64,000 bases of DNA from Cenarchaeum sp. (GCA_965206845.1 OZ242221.1:640001-704000), one strand, 5' to 3'; numbered from the stretch's first letter, positions 1 through 10,406 are shown. Translations and numbers: made by a program. The notes: generated from the letters alone by a model not told the origin.

Positions 1-169
1 TCTGGGATGACGTGTTCGGTGGTGTGGCAGATACACCGATCCTGCAGAACAAGCTCGGGGATTCGGGCGGCGTCTACGGGGCTGCACTGCTGTAGCCGTA
101 ACCGCGGGCAGGATGGCGCACATGTATCAGGCACATCTAAAATAGGCAAAGGGGGACTAGAGAACGGCC

Positions 170-499
170 TTATGTGGCAAGGGCGCGGTCGATCATCTTC
201 TTGTAGGACTCTTTTGATGCGGCGCCTACCTGCTGGCTGATCATTTTGCCGTCTTTGAACAGTGCCAGAGTGGGTATGCTAAATACGTTGTACTGTGAGG
301 CCAGCTCGCCTGCATCGTCGACGTTTACCTTGACAAAGTCCACGGTGCCGTCGTACTCCTGTGCAAGCTCCTCAACCACAGGGCTCACCATCCTGCACGG
401 TCCGCACCACTCAGCCCAAAAGTCTACAAAGACCGGACGCGGCGATCGTATTACGCCGCTCTCCCAGCTTTTGGGATCTGATATCTTTGAAATTCCCAT
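170..499 (-). CDS. trxA: Thioredoxin
   Basis: WCGPC active site. Start set at ATG 499 (MGISKISD), about 30 nt below a TTTAGG box. Confidence 0.93.
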   Translation of the reverse strand: MGISKISDPKSWESGVIRSPRPVFVDFWAEWCGPCRMVSPVVEELAQEYDGTVDFVKVNVDDAGELASQYNVFSIPTLALFKDGKMISQQVGAASKESYKKMIDRALAT

Positions 500-549
500 G
501 GTACGATTGGTCATTGGTACACACCTAAATATGTTCCACCGATGGACCG

Positions 550-641
550 GTATAGACTCAGGTCCCGCTCGAACCTAGGCACGATTTTGCGAGACGCGAC
601 GCAGTTTTGTGTCTAGAAGGATCGCCGACCTGAGTACATAC
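550..641. mobile_element. 92-bp MITE, family A (diverged copy)
   Basis: Imperfect TIR GTATAGACTCAGGTC / GACCTGAGTACATAC and 8-bp TSD ATGGACCG (542-549, 642-649). Aligns without gaps to the reverse complement of the copies at 34422 and 55468. Confidence 0.85.
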
Positions 642-763
642 ATGGACCGCACGGCGCCATCCGCCGTCCGGGCCAGACAAGGAATCCTGCCAAACCCATG
701 CCCGAATGAAGAGGCGGCCGGCGCCATACCGCCCCGCTATCAAATATACTTAAATTATATCGG

Positions 764-1558
764 ATGGGTGTACCTGTATTGAGCACTGATCTTAGGCTGA
801 AGAAGTTGAGAGGATCAGGGGGCTATGTTATAGCAACCGTAGATGATCTCCAACAGGGAAAAGGAAACTTGGGCGGTCCGGATCTGTTCCTTGCTCCCAT
901 CGGCAGAATTGACACTTCCAGAATATCAAAATTCTTCTGCAACACATGCGAGAGCGAATACGACGGGGCCCCGGACATCAAGTATGAGAGTCCAAACGAG
1001 GAGGTAGCCGAGAATCTGATTCTGGCAGAGAAGGGGCAGTATATCTGCCAGACATGCAGTTCGACCCTGGCAGAGTACAGGGAGTTTAAGAAGAGCGACG
1101 AGGCGGCAGATGTCGGGGCTGCAAAACCGATAGAGGTGGCAGATACTGTTGCCAGCGAGGCTACAGAGGTGGCAGATATATCCATCATTGAGGATGCAGG
1201 ATCCGATACGATATCGGCAGAACTACCGGTTCCGGAAACGGATCCAGAGTCGCAGCCTGAGACTGGGGAGATCAGATCAATCATCGGCATGGCGATCTTT
1301 GACATGGATGCCGCAGGGATGGGAACCGTAAAACAGATAGGCATCGATGCCACACAGACCCTGACCCTGGTGGTAGAAGGGACCGACGGAACCAGACAAA
1401 TGATCGCATGGGATCGGGTCAGGAGCGTAGGCGACATTATCCTTCTAGGAGAGAAAGGCCCCGCCGCGGCGCCATCACAAGATCACGGTTGCCCGCAGTG
1501 CAAGTTCGAGAACAAGCCGGATTCAAAATTCTGCGAGCAGTGCGGACACGCATTCTGA
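764..1558 (+). CDS. Conserved thaumarchaeal zinc-ribbon / PRC-barrel-like protein
   Basis: CxxC pairs (CNTC/CQTC; CPQC/CEQC at the C-terminus) and a PRC-like segment (VRSVGDIILL). True start may be the TTG near 779. Confidence 0.75.
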   Translation: MGVPVLSTDLRLKKLRGSGGYVIATVDDLQQGKGNLGGPDLFLAPIGRIDTSRISKFFCNTCESEYDGAPDIKYESPNEEVAENLILAEKGQYICQTCSSTLAEYREFKKSDEAADVGAAKPIEVADTVASEATEVADISIIEDAGSDTISAELPVPETDPESQPETGEIRSIIGMAIFDMDAAGMGTVKQIGIDATQTLTLVVEGTDGTRQMIAWDRVRSVGDIILLGEKGPAAAPSQDHGCPQCKFENKPDSKFCEQCGHAF

Positions 1559-1639
1559 TTCCATAGGATCACGGCACTTTAGCGAACAGAGCATGTCACC
1601 AAACATATATCAAACAAGGAAAGCGACGGAAAAACACAT

Positions 1640-2356
1640 TTGGCAAAACAATCGATAGCAAGGAAAGCCATTAAAGACGTGGCCATAGTGGCCGTGGGCG
1701 TTTTGATCTTCTGGTTTGGACTCCAGTTGGTCTTTGGAACCGCAAACCCGTTTTATGTGGTATCCAGCGGAAGCATGGTTCCCGAACTGAATGTGTATGA
1801 CATTCTTGTCGTGCAGGCAAACGATCCGTTCGAATCGGTGCGGCTGGGCGACATAATAGTATTTGACCGGCCATCGGGCTCCGAAAGGGTAATTGTTCAC
1901 AGGGTAGTCTCGATAATAGACGAGGATCCGTATACTCTTAGAACCAAGGGCGATGCCAACCCCGCATCCATACCAGGGACGGACTTTCCGATAACCGCAG
2001 ACGAGTACCTCGGCACGGTGTCATACGTTATCCCGCAGGCAGGGTTTGTTACCCAGATATTTGCACCGCCGATAAACTACGTCCTGATTGCAGTGGTTCT
2101 GGGCTTGCTGATACTCAAGACTTTTAGAAGCCACAGGTCGGAGAGGGCGGATGTCGACCCGCCGGCAGTGGAGGACATGCCAGACGACGGCTCGTACACA
2201 GACGGGCCCTTCGACACAGACGAAGCCACTGCCACAGATGTGGGCAGTCCCGACTCCGAGCAGGCAGCCGCATCTGCCACGGACACGGACGAGGCGCCAC
2301 TGCCACAAGAGAGCGAACCAGAAGAAGGCTCCGATGCGAAGCAGGAGAAGGACTAG
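1640..2356 (+). CDS. Signal peptidase I (S26B, archaeal type) with acidic tail
   Basis: N-terminal TM helix and the motifs SGSMVP, VIVHRV, TKGDAN. Confidence 0.9.
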   Translation: MAKQSIARKAIKDVAIVAVGVLIFWFGLQLVFGTANPFYVVSSGSMVPELNVYDILVVQANDPFESVRLGDIIVFDRPSGSERVIVHRVVSIIDEDPYTLRTKGDANPASIPGTDFPITADEYLGTVSYVIPQAGFVTQIFAPPINYVLIAVVLGLLILKTFRSHRSERADVDPPAVEDMPDDGSYTDGPFDTDEATATDVGSPDSEQAAASATDTDEAPLPQESEPEEGSDAKQEKD

Positions 2357-2360
2357 AACC

Positions 2361-3866
2361 CTAAACGCCTGTAATCTTGAAGACGCGCTTGAAATAATCC
2401 GAAGGCTCGGCGGTATCCTCAAAATCGTTCTTTATTCCCGCCAGGTGCTTTGCCAGGTTCTTTTTGTACAGCATCTGCATCTGCCTCTGAATCTGAACTC
2501 TCTGCGCCTGCGGGGAGCCGGCGCCGTGCATGGACTCGGTAAGGTATCCGACGGCGTTTCGTCCCATCGTCATATTCTCAATCAGTCTCAGTATCCTCCG
2601 CCGGTTCTCTACATCCACGCCTTTTCGGCCGGCAAAGTATTTGTCAAGGAGTGGCCCTATCTCCGGATGTTTAAAGTCGTCATCCGACGGCAGTGTCACC
2701 ATGAGCCCTCCGGCAATATCCTGAGCCAGCCGCCCGATCTCGTACGGGAATCTTGTCACGTTGTGCTTGCATACCTGTGCCAGCATATCGTCGTTCATAT
2801 AGACGCCAGACTTCATCTTCTGGGACTGATACGACGATGCGATTCCTGCAGCAAAGATGGATTCGTTGAGGTGCGTCATCTCTATGAGCTTGTCCTTGAT
2901 GTGCGAGACCCTAGGCACGCCGTTATAGTCTGCAATGGTTCCTGCCGCGCCGATGAGGACATCGCCGAGTCCGGTCTTGCAGACATAGCTGCGCCGGTGA
3001 TAGCAGGTAAACCGCTCAATCAGCATCGAGGCAAACTCCCACTCGCCGAACATAAAGACATACTCCCATGGAATAAAGACCCTATCTAGTATGACCAAGG
3101 CCTCCTGGCCACTGTACTGTGCATTTCCCGCGTCAATGTCCCCGTTCTCCATGCTCCTAGTATCGCAGGACTGCCTGCCGTAGACATAGGTAATTCCCGG
3201 TGCATCCACCGGAAACGCTCCCACTATGGCGTAATCCCGGTCGTTAGCGGTAAGGCGGACTGTTGGCATTATGATAATCCAGTGAGAGTTAACGCATCCT
3301 GTCTGGTGCGCCTTGGCGCCCGAGACGTAGACGCCTCGCTCATCCTTGTCCACCACGCGTGTGTACAGGTCGGGATCCACCTGTTCCGAAGGACCCTTGC
3401 TACGATCCCCCTTTGGATCGGTCATCGCGCCGCCGATGACCAGGTTCTCCCTCTGAACCATTTTGATAAACTCCAGCAGCCTCGAATGGTAGTCTGTTCT
3501 GTGCTTTTCATCGATCTCAAATGTGGTCGAGTGTAACGAGTTCAGCGCGTCCATTCCCACACACCGCTGAAAGCACGTTCCGGTGTTCTGTCCCAGCTTC
3601 CGCTGCATCTTGTTCTGCATGACCAGATCGTTGGCGCTCTCGGCAATATGCAGAAACCTGTTTACCCTTGCCCCGCTGATCGAGGATTCGGCCGAGGCCA
3701 GCCCCTCCTCCCTTACGGCAAGATCAAACGTCTCTGCCACCGCATTGATGGATGGCTTGATCATTGGGTGCTCGACGGGATCCTCTACAAGGTCTCCAAA
3801 TAGGTACACCTTGAGTTTTCTGCCCCTCAGGCTGTTGATATAATCCTCCCCCGTGCGGATAACCAC
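2361..3866 (-). CDS. hcd: 4-hydroxybutyryl-CoA dehydratase (3HP/4HB cycle)
   Basis: CFQRCVGMD, AMTDPKGDR, HRRSYVCK and ESMHGAGS motifs. Confidence 0.93.
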   Translation of the reverse strand: MVIRTGEDYINSLRGRKLKVYLFGDLVEDPVEHPMIKPSINAVAETFDLAVREEGLASAESSISGARVNRFLHIAESANDLVMQNKMQRKLGQNTGTCFQRCVGMDALNSLHSTTFEIDEKHRTDYHSRLLEFIKMVQRENLVIGGAMTDPKGDRSKGPSEQVDPDLYTRVVDKDERGVYVSGAKAHQTGCVNSHWIIIMPTVRLTANDRDYAIVGAFPVDAPGITYVYGRQSCDTRSMENGDIDAGNAQYSGQEALVILDRVFIPWEYVFMFGEWEFASMLIERFTCYHRRSYVCKTGLGDVLIGAAGTIADYNGVPRVSHIKDKLIEMTHLNESIFAAGIASSYQSQKMKSGVYMNDDMLAQVCKHNVTRFPYEIGRLAQDIAGGLMVTLPSDDDFKHPEIGPLLDKYFAGRKGVDVENRRRILRLIENMTMGRNAVGYLTESMHGAGSPQAQRVQIQRQMQMLYKKNLAKHLAGIKNDFEDTAEPSDYFKRVFKITGV

Positions 3867-4108
3867 AGACTCTACTCCAAAGAACTTATATAAATACCAT
3901 AAATTCTGCCTAGGCGGATGGGCCGGATTTTTCCCCGCTTGAACGTGGATTTATACACTCCATCCAGTTTTCACATCGGCGCCATCCGAATGCCCTGATC
4001 CCGCATGCGGTCATGCCCTCCCTTCATTTTGGCATGGGCGCATACACACAAGCCGCAAGAGTCCTCACCTCTGGCTCAATGTAGACGGCCTCGGTGCTTC
4101 GGGCCGAT

Positions 4109-6208
4109 TCACTGAAGCCCGATCCGGACATCCAGAATCCGGCACCCCCGGCCTTCTTCCATTACCAGAACCGGGTTCATGTCCAGCTCCCTGATCTCCT
4201 CAAAGTCAGTCACAAGCTGCGAGAGCCTCTGGATGCACTCGGAGAGTTTGGGCAGATCCGACGGCTTTTCACCGCGCGCGCCCTCCAGCAGCTTCCTGGT
4301 CTTGATGGAGGCGATCATGTCGTCTGCCTCCCGGGCGGTAATCGGAGCCAGCTTGAATGTGACGTCCTTGAGTATCTCTACGTATATGCCGCCCATTCCC
4401 AGCATCAGAACGGGACCCATGCCGGGCTCGTGCTTGCAGCCGATGATGAGCTCCTTTCCGCCCTTTACCATCTCCACTACCAGACAGCCCATGATCTCGG
4501 CATCCTTGTTGTATTTTTTGCAGCTGGAGATTATCCTGGCAAAGGCCGCCCTTACCTCTTCCTCGTTCTTCAGGTTGACTGCCACCCCGCCCGCATCGGA
4601 CTTGTGAATTATCTGTGGGGACGCAACCTTTAGCACCACGGGGAACTTGATCCTACCAGCCATGCGGGCAGCCTCGTCTGCATTCCTTGCCAACCTGCTC
4701 TTCGGAAGGGGAAACCCGTATGCATTGAGTATCTGCTGCCCCTCTTCCTCCAGCAGGTTCTGCCTCCCTTCACGCCTTGCAGAGTCGAGAATCTTTCTCA
4801 CTTTTTTTGCGTTCACCTCAAACTTGGTGACCCTTCCCTGGGGCGTGTTTATCCACCGGGAGAATCTGAGCATGGCTCCAAGGGCCCGGACAGCCCCCTC
4901 TGCGTATGTGTAGTAGGGAACATCCCCGGCTGCAAGAATCTGCCGGTTCGTTATGCCCTCGTCCAAGCCCATCAGACTCGCAAGCATGGTCTTTTTGTGC
5001 TTCTTGGACATCTCCACTATGACCCTGGCCAGTCCGTCGTAGTCCAGGGTGCCTGACGGGGTGCACATTGTAATTACAGAGCCTACGTTCTCGTGTCGTA
5101 GCACATGCTCCAAAACCCCCCTGAACCGCTCAAAGTTGGCATCGCCCACTATGTCTACGGGGTTGCGGGAGCTTCCCCATGGCGGAATTACCCGGTCTAT
5201 CTCGGGCCTGATGGAATCGATCTTGGCCATCGCAATTCCCGTCTTGGAGCACGCGTCAGTAGATATGATTGCAGGTCCTCCTGCATTTGATACTATTGCC
5301 AGATCTCCGCCGGTAGGTAGCGGCTGCTTTGAGAAGGCGGTGGCATAGTCAAAGAGCTCCTCCATCGTATCCACCCGAATGGCTCCCGACTGCCGGAGAA
5401 GCGCGTCGTACAGCTCGTCTGAGCCCATCAAGGCTCCCGTATGCGACATGGCCGCCTTTGCCCCCTCGGCGCTACGGCCTGCCTTGAGCACCAGTACGGG
5501 TTTTTTGTGCTTCCGGGTGACACTCCTGCACACCTTGAGAAAGTCCTTGCCGTTGCCCACATCCTCTAGATACATGACTATCACCCGGGTCTGCTTGTGG
5601 GATGCCAGCATCTTGAGGACTGCGATCTCGTTTGTGGATGCCTTGTTTCCCAGGCTTATCACGGCGGAGAACCCTATGCCCTGGGCGCTGGCATCCTCGC
5701 ACAGGGCAGCGCATATGGCTCCGCTCTGGGAGACCAGGGCGATGTGGCCCGTCTTGGGCGTGATCTTCAGAAAGGTGGAATTCATCATGGTGTTCGGGTC
5801 AAGGTTCATGACTCCGAGGCAGTTGGGACCGATCATCTCCATCTTGTGCTTCCTTACGATGTCCTTGATCTGCTGCTCAAGCCTGGCTCCCTCTTCGTCC
5901 ACCTCCTTGAAGCCCGCTGTAATTACCACAACGCCCTTGATCTTCTTCCTGCCACACTCCTCTAGAACCTGTGGCACGAGCGTATTCCTAATTACAATAA
6001 CTGCTAGGCTGATGGGATCCGGGACATCCAGAACCGACTTGTACGCCTTTTTGTCAAATACCGTGGACCGAGAGGGACTTATGGGATACACAGGCCCCTG
6101 AAAGCCGTTCATTATGTTTGAGGTGATTGTCCTGCCTACCGTACCCTCCTTATCGGAGGCGCCGATAACCGCTATAGACTTTGGGGACAACAGGACGGAC
6201 TCGGCCAT
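4109..6208 (-). CDS. ADP-forming acyl-CoA synthetase, probably 4-hydroxybutyryl-CoA synthetase
   Basis: CoA-binding SIAVIGAS, GPNCLG, SQSGA and SHTG motifs, plus ATP-grasp IHKSD. Adjacent to hcd as in Nitrosopumilus. Confidence 0.88.
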   Translation of the reverse strand: MAESVLLSPKSIAVIGASDKEGTVGRTITSNIMNGFQGPVYPISPSRSTVFDKKAYKSVLDVPDPISLAVIVIRNTLVPQVLEECGRKKIKGVVVITAGFKEVDEEGARLEQQIKDIVRKHKMEMIGPNCLGVMNLDPNTMMNSTFLKITPKTGHIALVSQSGAICAALCEDASAQGIGFSAVISLGNKASTNEIAVLKMLASHKQTRVIVMYLEDVGNGKDFLKVCRSVTRKHKKPVLVLKAGRSAEGAKAAMSHTGALMGSDELYDALLRQSGAIRVDTMEELFDYATAFSKQPLPTGGDLAIVSNAGGPAIISTDACSKTGIAMAKIDSIRPEIDRVIPPWGSSRNPVDIVGDANFERFRGVLEHVLRHENVGSVITMCTPSGTLDYDGLARVIVEMSKKHKKTMLASLMGLDEGITNRQILAAGDVPYYTYAEGAVRALGAMLRFSRWINTPQGRVTKFEVNAKKVRKILDSARREGRQNLLEEEGQQILNAYGFPLPKSRLARNADEAARMAGRIKFPVVLKVASPQIIHKSDAGGVAVNLKNEEEVRAAFARIISSCKKYNKDAEIMGCLVVEMVKGGKELIIGCKHEPGMGPVLMLGMGGIYVEILKDVTFKLAPITAREADDMIASIKTRKLLEGARGEKPSDLPKLSECIQRLSQLVTDFEEIRELDMNPVLVMEEGRGCRILDVRIGLQ

Positions 6209-6255
6209 CTTTGATGGTGTAAATGGCAGTTATCTAATAAAGCTATTCAATCTGC

Positions 6256-6346
6256 TAGTTTGTTGCACAACTCCGAATCGCAGGCACAGAGTGCCTGCTC
6301 CTCGGCACCCATCTAGGCACGTTTGAGAAGATTGTGCAACAAACTA
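6256..6346. mobile_element. 91-bp MITE, family B
   Basis: Perfect 15-bp TIR TAGTTTGTTGCACAA / TTGTGCAACAAACTA and 8-bp TSD CAATCTGC (6248-6255, 6347-6354). Confidence 0.92.
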
Positions 6347-6528
6347 CAATCTGCCCGTCATGGGCTGTCTGCCATATCGAACTGGACGCAAGGAACCGCC
6401 CGGACGCACGCCCTTGCACGAAATGTGGGGAGGGCATGGCCGCGTACCTGCCGGGGCCCTGCTCACGCCTACGGCTCACAGCAGGGGCAAGGCTGGTGCG
6501 TCCGCCTCGCATGCACAAATCCACAAGC

Positions 6529-6813
6529 TCAGTCTAGGGAGATCTTGAGAAATATCAGCAGCGCCACAAGCTCTGCCACTCCGACTCCCACCATATATGG
6601 AAATATATCGTGTGAGAAGAGCATCTCTACAGAAAAGTATGCCGTGGCGCTGATCGCGTTGTGCAGGAACAGCATTCCGGCAAACACGATCAGTCCTAAT
6701 GGAAGCTGGGCCCTTGTTTTGGTGTACATCTTTCCAAATGTAGCCACTAGGATGCCAAGTATGATCATGTTGATGATTGACACGATGGAAAGGATGGCAG
6801 ATGTAGGCTCCAT
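6529..6813 (-). CDS. Small 3-TM membrane protein
   Basis: Three hydrophobic helices. Follows the wHTH regulator, a common archaeal pairing. Confidence 0.75.
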   Translation of the reverse strand: MEPTSAILSIVSIINMIILGILVATFGKMYTKTRAQLPLGLIVFAGMLFLHNAISATAYFSVEMLFSHDIFPYMVGVGVAELVALLIFLKISLD

Positions 6814-6836
6814 TCACTAGACAACCCCTGCAAGAT

Positions 6837-7139
6837 TTATTTACTTTTTTCCAGTTTTTCTACAATTTCCTCCAGGGATTTCATGTTGTTCTCCAGCAGC
6901 GGCGAGATAAAGTACAGGACGCCATATTTTTCTCCCTCCTTGGAGACCAGGTTGTTCTTTTCTAGTACACGTACGTGGTGCTGGATTGCCTTGTAGTCCA
7001 GATTCAGTTTCTCGGCCAGCTGGTTGATATTCATAGGAACGTCCGTGATCGCATTGATTATCCGCAGTCTGTTCAAACCGCCTCTAGAGCCAGCAAAGAC
7101 AAACCAAAGGAGTCTTTTGACATAGGGGTCGTTGGCCAT
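6837..7139 (-). CDS. ArsR-like winged-helix transcriptional regulator
   Basis: GSRGGLNRLRII...NINQLA..LNLDYKAIQHH pattern. Confidence 0.85.
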   Translation of the reverse strand: MANDPYVKRLLWFVFAGSRGGLNRLRIINAITDVPMNINQLAEKLNLDYKAIQHHVRVLEKNNLVSKEGEKYGVLYFISPLLENNMKSLEEIVEKLEKSK

Positions 7140-7266
7140 TATGTACAGATGACTACTTCGAAACGTTACTTAAACCATTTAGAAAAGGCGTGGGCCCGGT
7201 CAGGGACGCAGACGGCGCGCCCCAGACACAATACCTATCTATAGAAACGGCGCCAAGGCATTTCAG

Positions 7267-8655
7267 ATGACGTACGACTCGGTGATCGTTGGCTCGCATG
7301 TGGTGCTCTCATCCGGGATGGTAGACAGAAACATCGTGATGGACGAGGGCAGGATAGTCTCAGTTACAAACGATGTGCCGTCATGCGATCACAAGATCAA
7401 TGGCGTGGGCATGGTATCGATTCCCGGGCTCATCGATCCGCACGTTCACTACGGGGTCTACTCGCCTATAGAGGAGGCTGGCAGGACCGAATCCCGCGCC
7501 GCGGCAGTAGGCGGGGTAACCACCATGATGAGGATGCTCCGACACGGCTCGTCCTACAGGGAAACACTGCAGTCGCACCTTGACGCAAGCGCAAAGAACC
7601 ACCATGTGGACTATGCAGTCCATGCATCCATATTTAATCAGGGGCAGGTGGACGAGATGGACTATATCCGGCAGAAGGGAGTCACGTCGTTTAAGATCTA
7701 CATGAACCTGGGCTCGGATATCGGACACGTGTACATGGACATGGTTCCCGGATCGCAGGCGCTCCATGGGGAGCATGTGGAGGTGAGTGACCGGTTGGTA
7801 GAGGAGACTGTCAAAAAGGCGGCCCTGCTTGGGTGTCCTGTGTGCGTGCATGCCGAGGATTACGAGCAGTGCTCACGTGGAATCCGGGAGGCTCGGATGA
7901 GAAACCAGGACGGCCTTGCCGCATGGTCGTCAAGTCGCTCGCCGGGATCTGAGGCAAAGGCGATCAGGACGGTATCCGCGCTGGCAAGAAAGTACGGATG
8001 CGCGCTGTATCTTGTCCACATAGGATCCAGATCTGCGCTGGGGCAGATCGCGGCAGAGCGCCTGGCCGGCACCAAAATCTCTGTCGAGACATGCCCCCAC
8101 TACCTTGCCCTCTCCTATGAGAAGCAGGATGGCTACCTGGCAAAGGTGATGCCGCCCATCCGGTCGCAGGACGATGTTGGCGCTGTATGGCAAGCGGTAC
8201 GCCGGGGAGCCGTCGACACGATCGGAACGGATCACGTGGCCAACCGGCTGAGTTTGAAGTTGGGGGGTGATGACGTCTGGGGGGCGCTGGCAGGATTTCC
8301 CAGCATAGGGACAGCCCTGCCGCTCTTGCTCTCCGAAGGAGTCAACAGGGGAAGGATCAGCTTGGATCATCTGGTCAGGATCTGCAGTCTCAACGCAGCC
8401 AGGATCTTCGCCATGTACCCAAAAAAGGGAGTGCTGGAACCTGGATCTGATGCGGACATCACCATGATCGATCTAAAGAAGGAGGCCAGGGTTACAAGCG
8501 ATCTCTTTGGCGGGTTCTCGGACTATTCCGTATACGAGGGGTGGAAACTGAAGGGATGGCCACAAAAAACGATCGTCCGCGGGAGTGTGGTGGTAGACGA
8601 CTTCGAGGTTATCGGAAGGCCCGGCTGGGGCAGGATGGTTCCAAGGCAGGCATAA
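7267..8655 (+). CDS. pyrC: Dihydroorotase / cyclic amidohydrolase family protein
   Basis: PGLIDPHVH, HAED, ETCPHYL and GTDH motifs. Hydantoinase or allantoinase specificity cannot be excluded. Confidence 0.75.
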   Translation: MTYDSVIVGSHVVLSSGMVDRNIVMDEGRIVSVTNDVPSCDHKINGVGMVSIPGLIDPHVHYGVYSPIEEAGRTESRAAAVGGVTTMMRMLRHGSSYRETLQSHLDASAKNHHVDYAVHASIFNQGQVDEMDYIRQKGVTSFKIYMNLGSDIGHVYMDMVPGSQALHGEHVEVSDRLVEETVKKAALLGCPVCVHAEDYEQCSRGIREARMRNQDGLAAWSSSRSPGSEAKAIRTVSALARKYGCALYLVHIGSRSALGQIAAERLAGTKISVETCPHYLALSYEKQDGYLAKVMPPIRSQDDVGAVWQAVRRGAVDTIGTDHVANRLSLKLGGDDVWGALAGFPSIGTALPLLLSEGVNRGRISLDHLVRICSLNAARIFAMYPKKGVLEPGSDADITMIDLKKEARVTSDLFGGFSDYSVYEGWKLKGWPQKTIVRGSVVVDDFEVIGRPGWGRMVPRQA

Positions 8656-8700
8656 GCCGCAGGATGGCACCTGCCCCGGTGTGTATACCGTAGACTCTGA

Positions 8701-9381
8701 CTACCGCACGATAGTCTCAAACCTTCCCCCAATATCTGCCATGTAGATCACATCCGGGATTCTTGTAAAGATGCCGCACTCCATCACGCCGGGAATTGCA
8801 ATGATCTTCTGCCGCAGCGACTCTGGCTCTGTTATCGTACCAAAATCGCAGTCCAAAATTATATTTCCGTTCTCGGTGATAAACGGATAGCCCCTCTCAA
8901 GCTTCCGGAGACTCGGCCGACCTCCCAGATCTGTGATCTTCTGGATCGCAGACGTCCTTGCCAGCTGGTGAACCTCCACCGGAACCGGCCGGGCAAGGTT
9001 TGTTACAAACTTTGACGAGTCGGCCATGATTACGACCTTCTCTGCCATGCCTATGAGGATGTTCTCCCGCAGCAGCGCGCCGCCGCCTCCCTTGATTACA
9101 AACCCCTGTGAGTCGATCTGGTCCGCCCCGTCAAACACCACATCGATGCACCCGACCTGATCCGCCTCAACCAACGGAATGCCGCCCAGCTGGGCGGCCA
9201 TTTTGATCTGTAGTGATGTGGGAACGCCCCTGATGTCTACATCTCCTGCGCGAACCAGCCGCGACAGCGACTTGACAAAGGCGGTTGCCGCCCTGCCGCT
9301 TCCCAGTCCCAGTATCTGCCCGTCACTCACAAACTTTAGTGCATCTGTTGACAATGCCTCGATGGCATCATCAAAGGACAA
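8701..9381 (-). CDS. rpiA: Ribose-5-phosphate isomerase A
   Basis: GLGSG, DGAD and IKGGGGALLRE motifs. Confidence 0.95.
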   Translation of the reverse strand: MSFDDAIEALSTDALKFVSDGQILGLGSGRAATAFVKSLSRLVRAGDVDIRGVPTSLQIKMAAQLGGIPLVEADQVGCIDVVFDGADQIDSQGFVIKGGGGALLRENILIGMAEKVVIMADSSKFVTNLARPVPVEVHQLARTSAIQKITDLGGRPSLRKLERGYPFITENGNIILDCDFGTITEPESLRQKIIAIPGVMECGIFTRIPDVIYMADIGGRFETIVR

Positions 9382-10224
9382 CTACTCCACCTCGGTCTCG
9401 CTGAGTTTGGAGAGTGTTTTTGTGATCTCCAGCTTGAGCGCCTCAAGGTCGTCTGCGTCGTCTGGCTCTGCGGGATCCGTACCCGGGACCTTGGCGGTCG
9501 GCTGTGCCGCCGCGGGTGGCTTTGACGGTACGGGGGCGATCGGGGCGTCAGGTGCGTCTGTTCCGGACTCGCTTTGTACTGCCAGGGGCTTTGAGGGTAC
9601 GGGGGCGACGGCTATCTGGGCCGGCTCCTGCCTTGTCCGCTTGATCTTCTGCCGCGACCGCCTTGCGGCACTTCCCGGTGTGGCTGGCCTTGCCCTGCCC
9701 GTGGCAGGCTGCAGAACACCTGCAGATGTATCCAGCTCGTCGATCTCGATATCCGGCAGCAAGATGGCCGGCACGTCGGTCGGTGGCGCCCTTGCGGGCT
9801 CAGCCGGCTTTGCTGCACCAGCAGGCTCCCGAGCCTTCTGCATCCCCGCAGCAGAGATCTTTGACGACATCTCGCCTAGCCTCTCCTCGATATGCGACAG
9901 TTTTTGATCCAGATCTGCCAGCCCGCCGTGCAGGCTGGGCTCTGCGCCAGTCGACCTCAGCCACTCGATCCTTCCTGCTGTCTCCCCCAGCTGGTGCTGG
10001 TACTTTGCAAGCAACCTGTTGTACTGAACCCTTGTCAGCCCGTCCTCGTGTCTGTACAACCTTGCAATGGTCTTTGTGAGTACGTCTCGCTCTATCTCAA
10101 GCTCGGCAATCTTTGGTATGATGTGCGGTTCTGCCTCGGTAGCGCGGGGCGGGCCCCTGGGAAATTTTTTTATCGCCACTGCCGTTGCAAGACCTGCAAA
10201 TGAGCTTAAGACGAGTTCTAACAA
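9382..10224 (-). CDS. Hypothetical protein (N-terminal anchor, coiled coil, Pro/Ala-rich linker)
   Basis: Abuts rpl37e and rpiA within an operon. Internal APVPSKP repeat. Confidence 0.7.
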   Translation of the reverse strand: MLELVLSSFAGLATAVAIKKFPRGPPRATEAEPHIIPKIAELEIERDVLTKTIARLYRHEDGLTRVQYNRLLAKYQHQLGETAGRIEWLRSTGAEPSLHGGLADLDQKLSHIEERLGEMSSKISAAGMQKAREPAGAAKPAEPARAPPTDVPAILLPDIEIDELDTSAGVLQPATGRARPATPGSAARRSRQKIKRTRQEPAQIAVAPVPSKPLAVQSESGTDAPDAPIAPVPSKPPAAAQPTAKVPGTDPAEPDDADDLEALKLEITKTLSKLSETEVE

Positions 10225-10392
10225 TTACGTGTACCATTTGATCCAAGAGTATTTACGCATTTTGGAGTCTGGAGAACCGCAGCTCGCGCATCGTTGATGA
10301 CGCTTGTGAAATGAGTTGTTTCCGCATCTCCTGCACCGTATATGGACCTTTTTTTTGGTAAAAGCCCCCATGGATGTTGTGCCTTTTACCAT
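10225..10392 (-). CDS. rpl37e: 50S ribosomal protein L37e (absent from the ORF track)
   Basis: Hand translation: [55 protein letters not shown]. Confidence 0.95.
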   Translation of the reverse strand: MVKGTTSMGAFTKKKVHIRCRRCGNNSFHKRHQRCASCGSPDSKMRKYSWIKWYT

Positions 10393-10406
10393 ATTGGTCG
10401 CACCAC

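Noticed and set aside
652-727. 9-bp direct repeat CGGCGCCAT around a 58-bp weak hairpin, with a similar motif near 3913-3988
   Set aside because: Only 5-bp IRs in GC-rich DNA. It could be a decayed MITE but cannot be supported.
6334-6537. Cys-rich 67-aa ORF resembling a Zn finger
   Set aside because: Its start lies inside the MITE TIR and it has no family motif.
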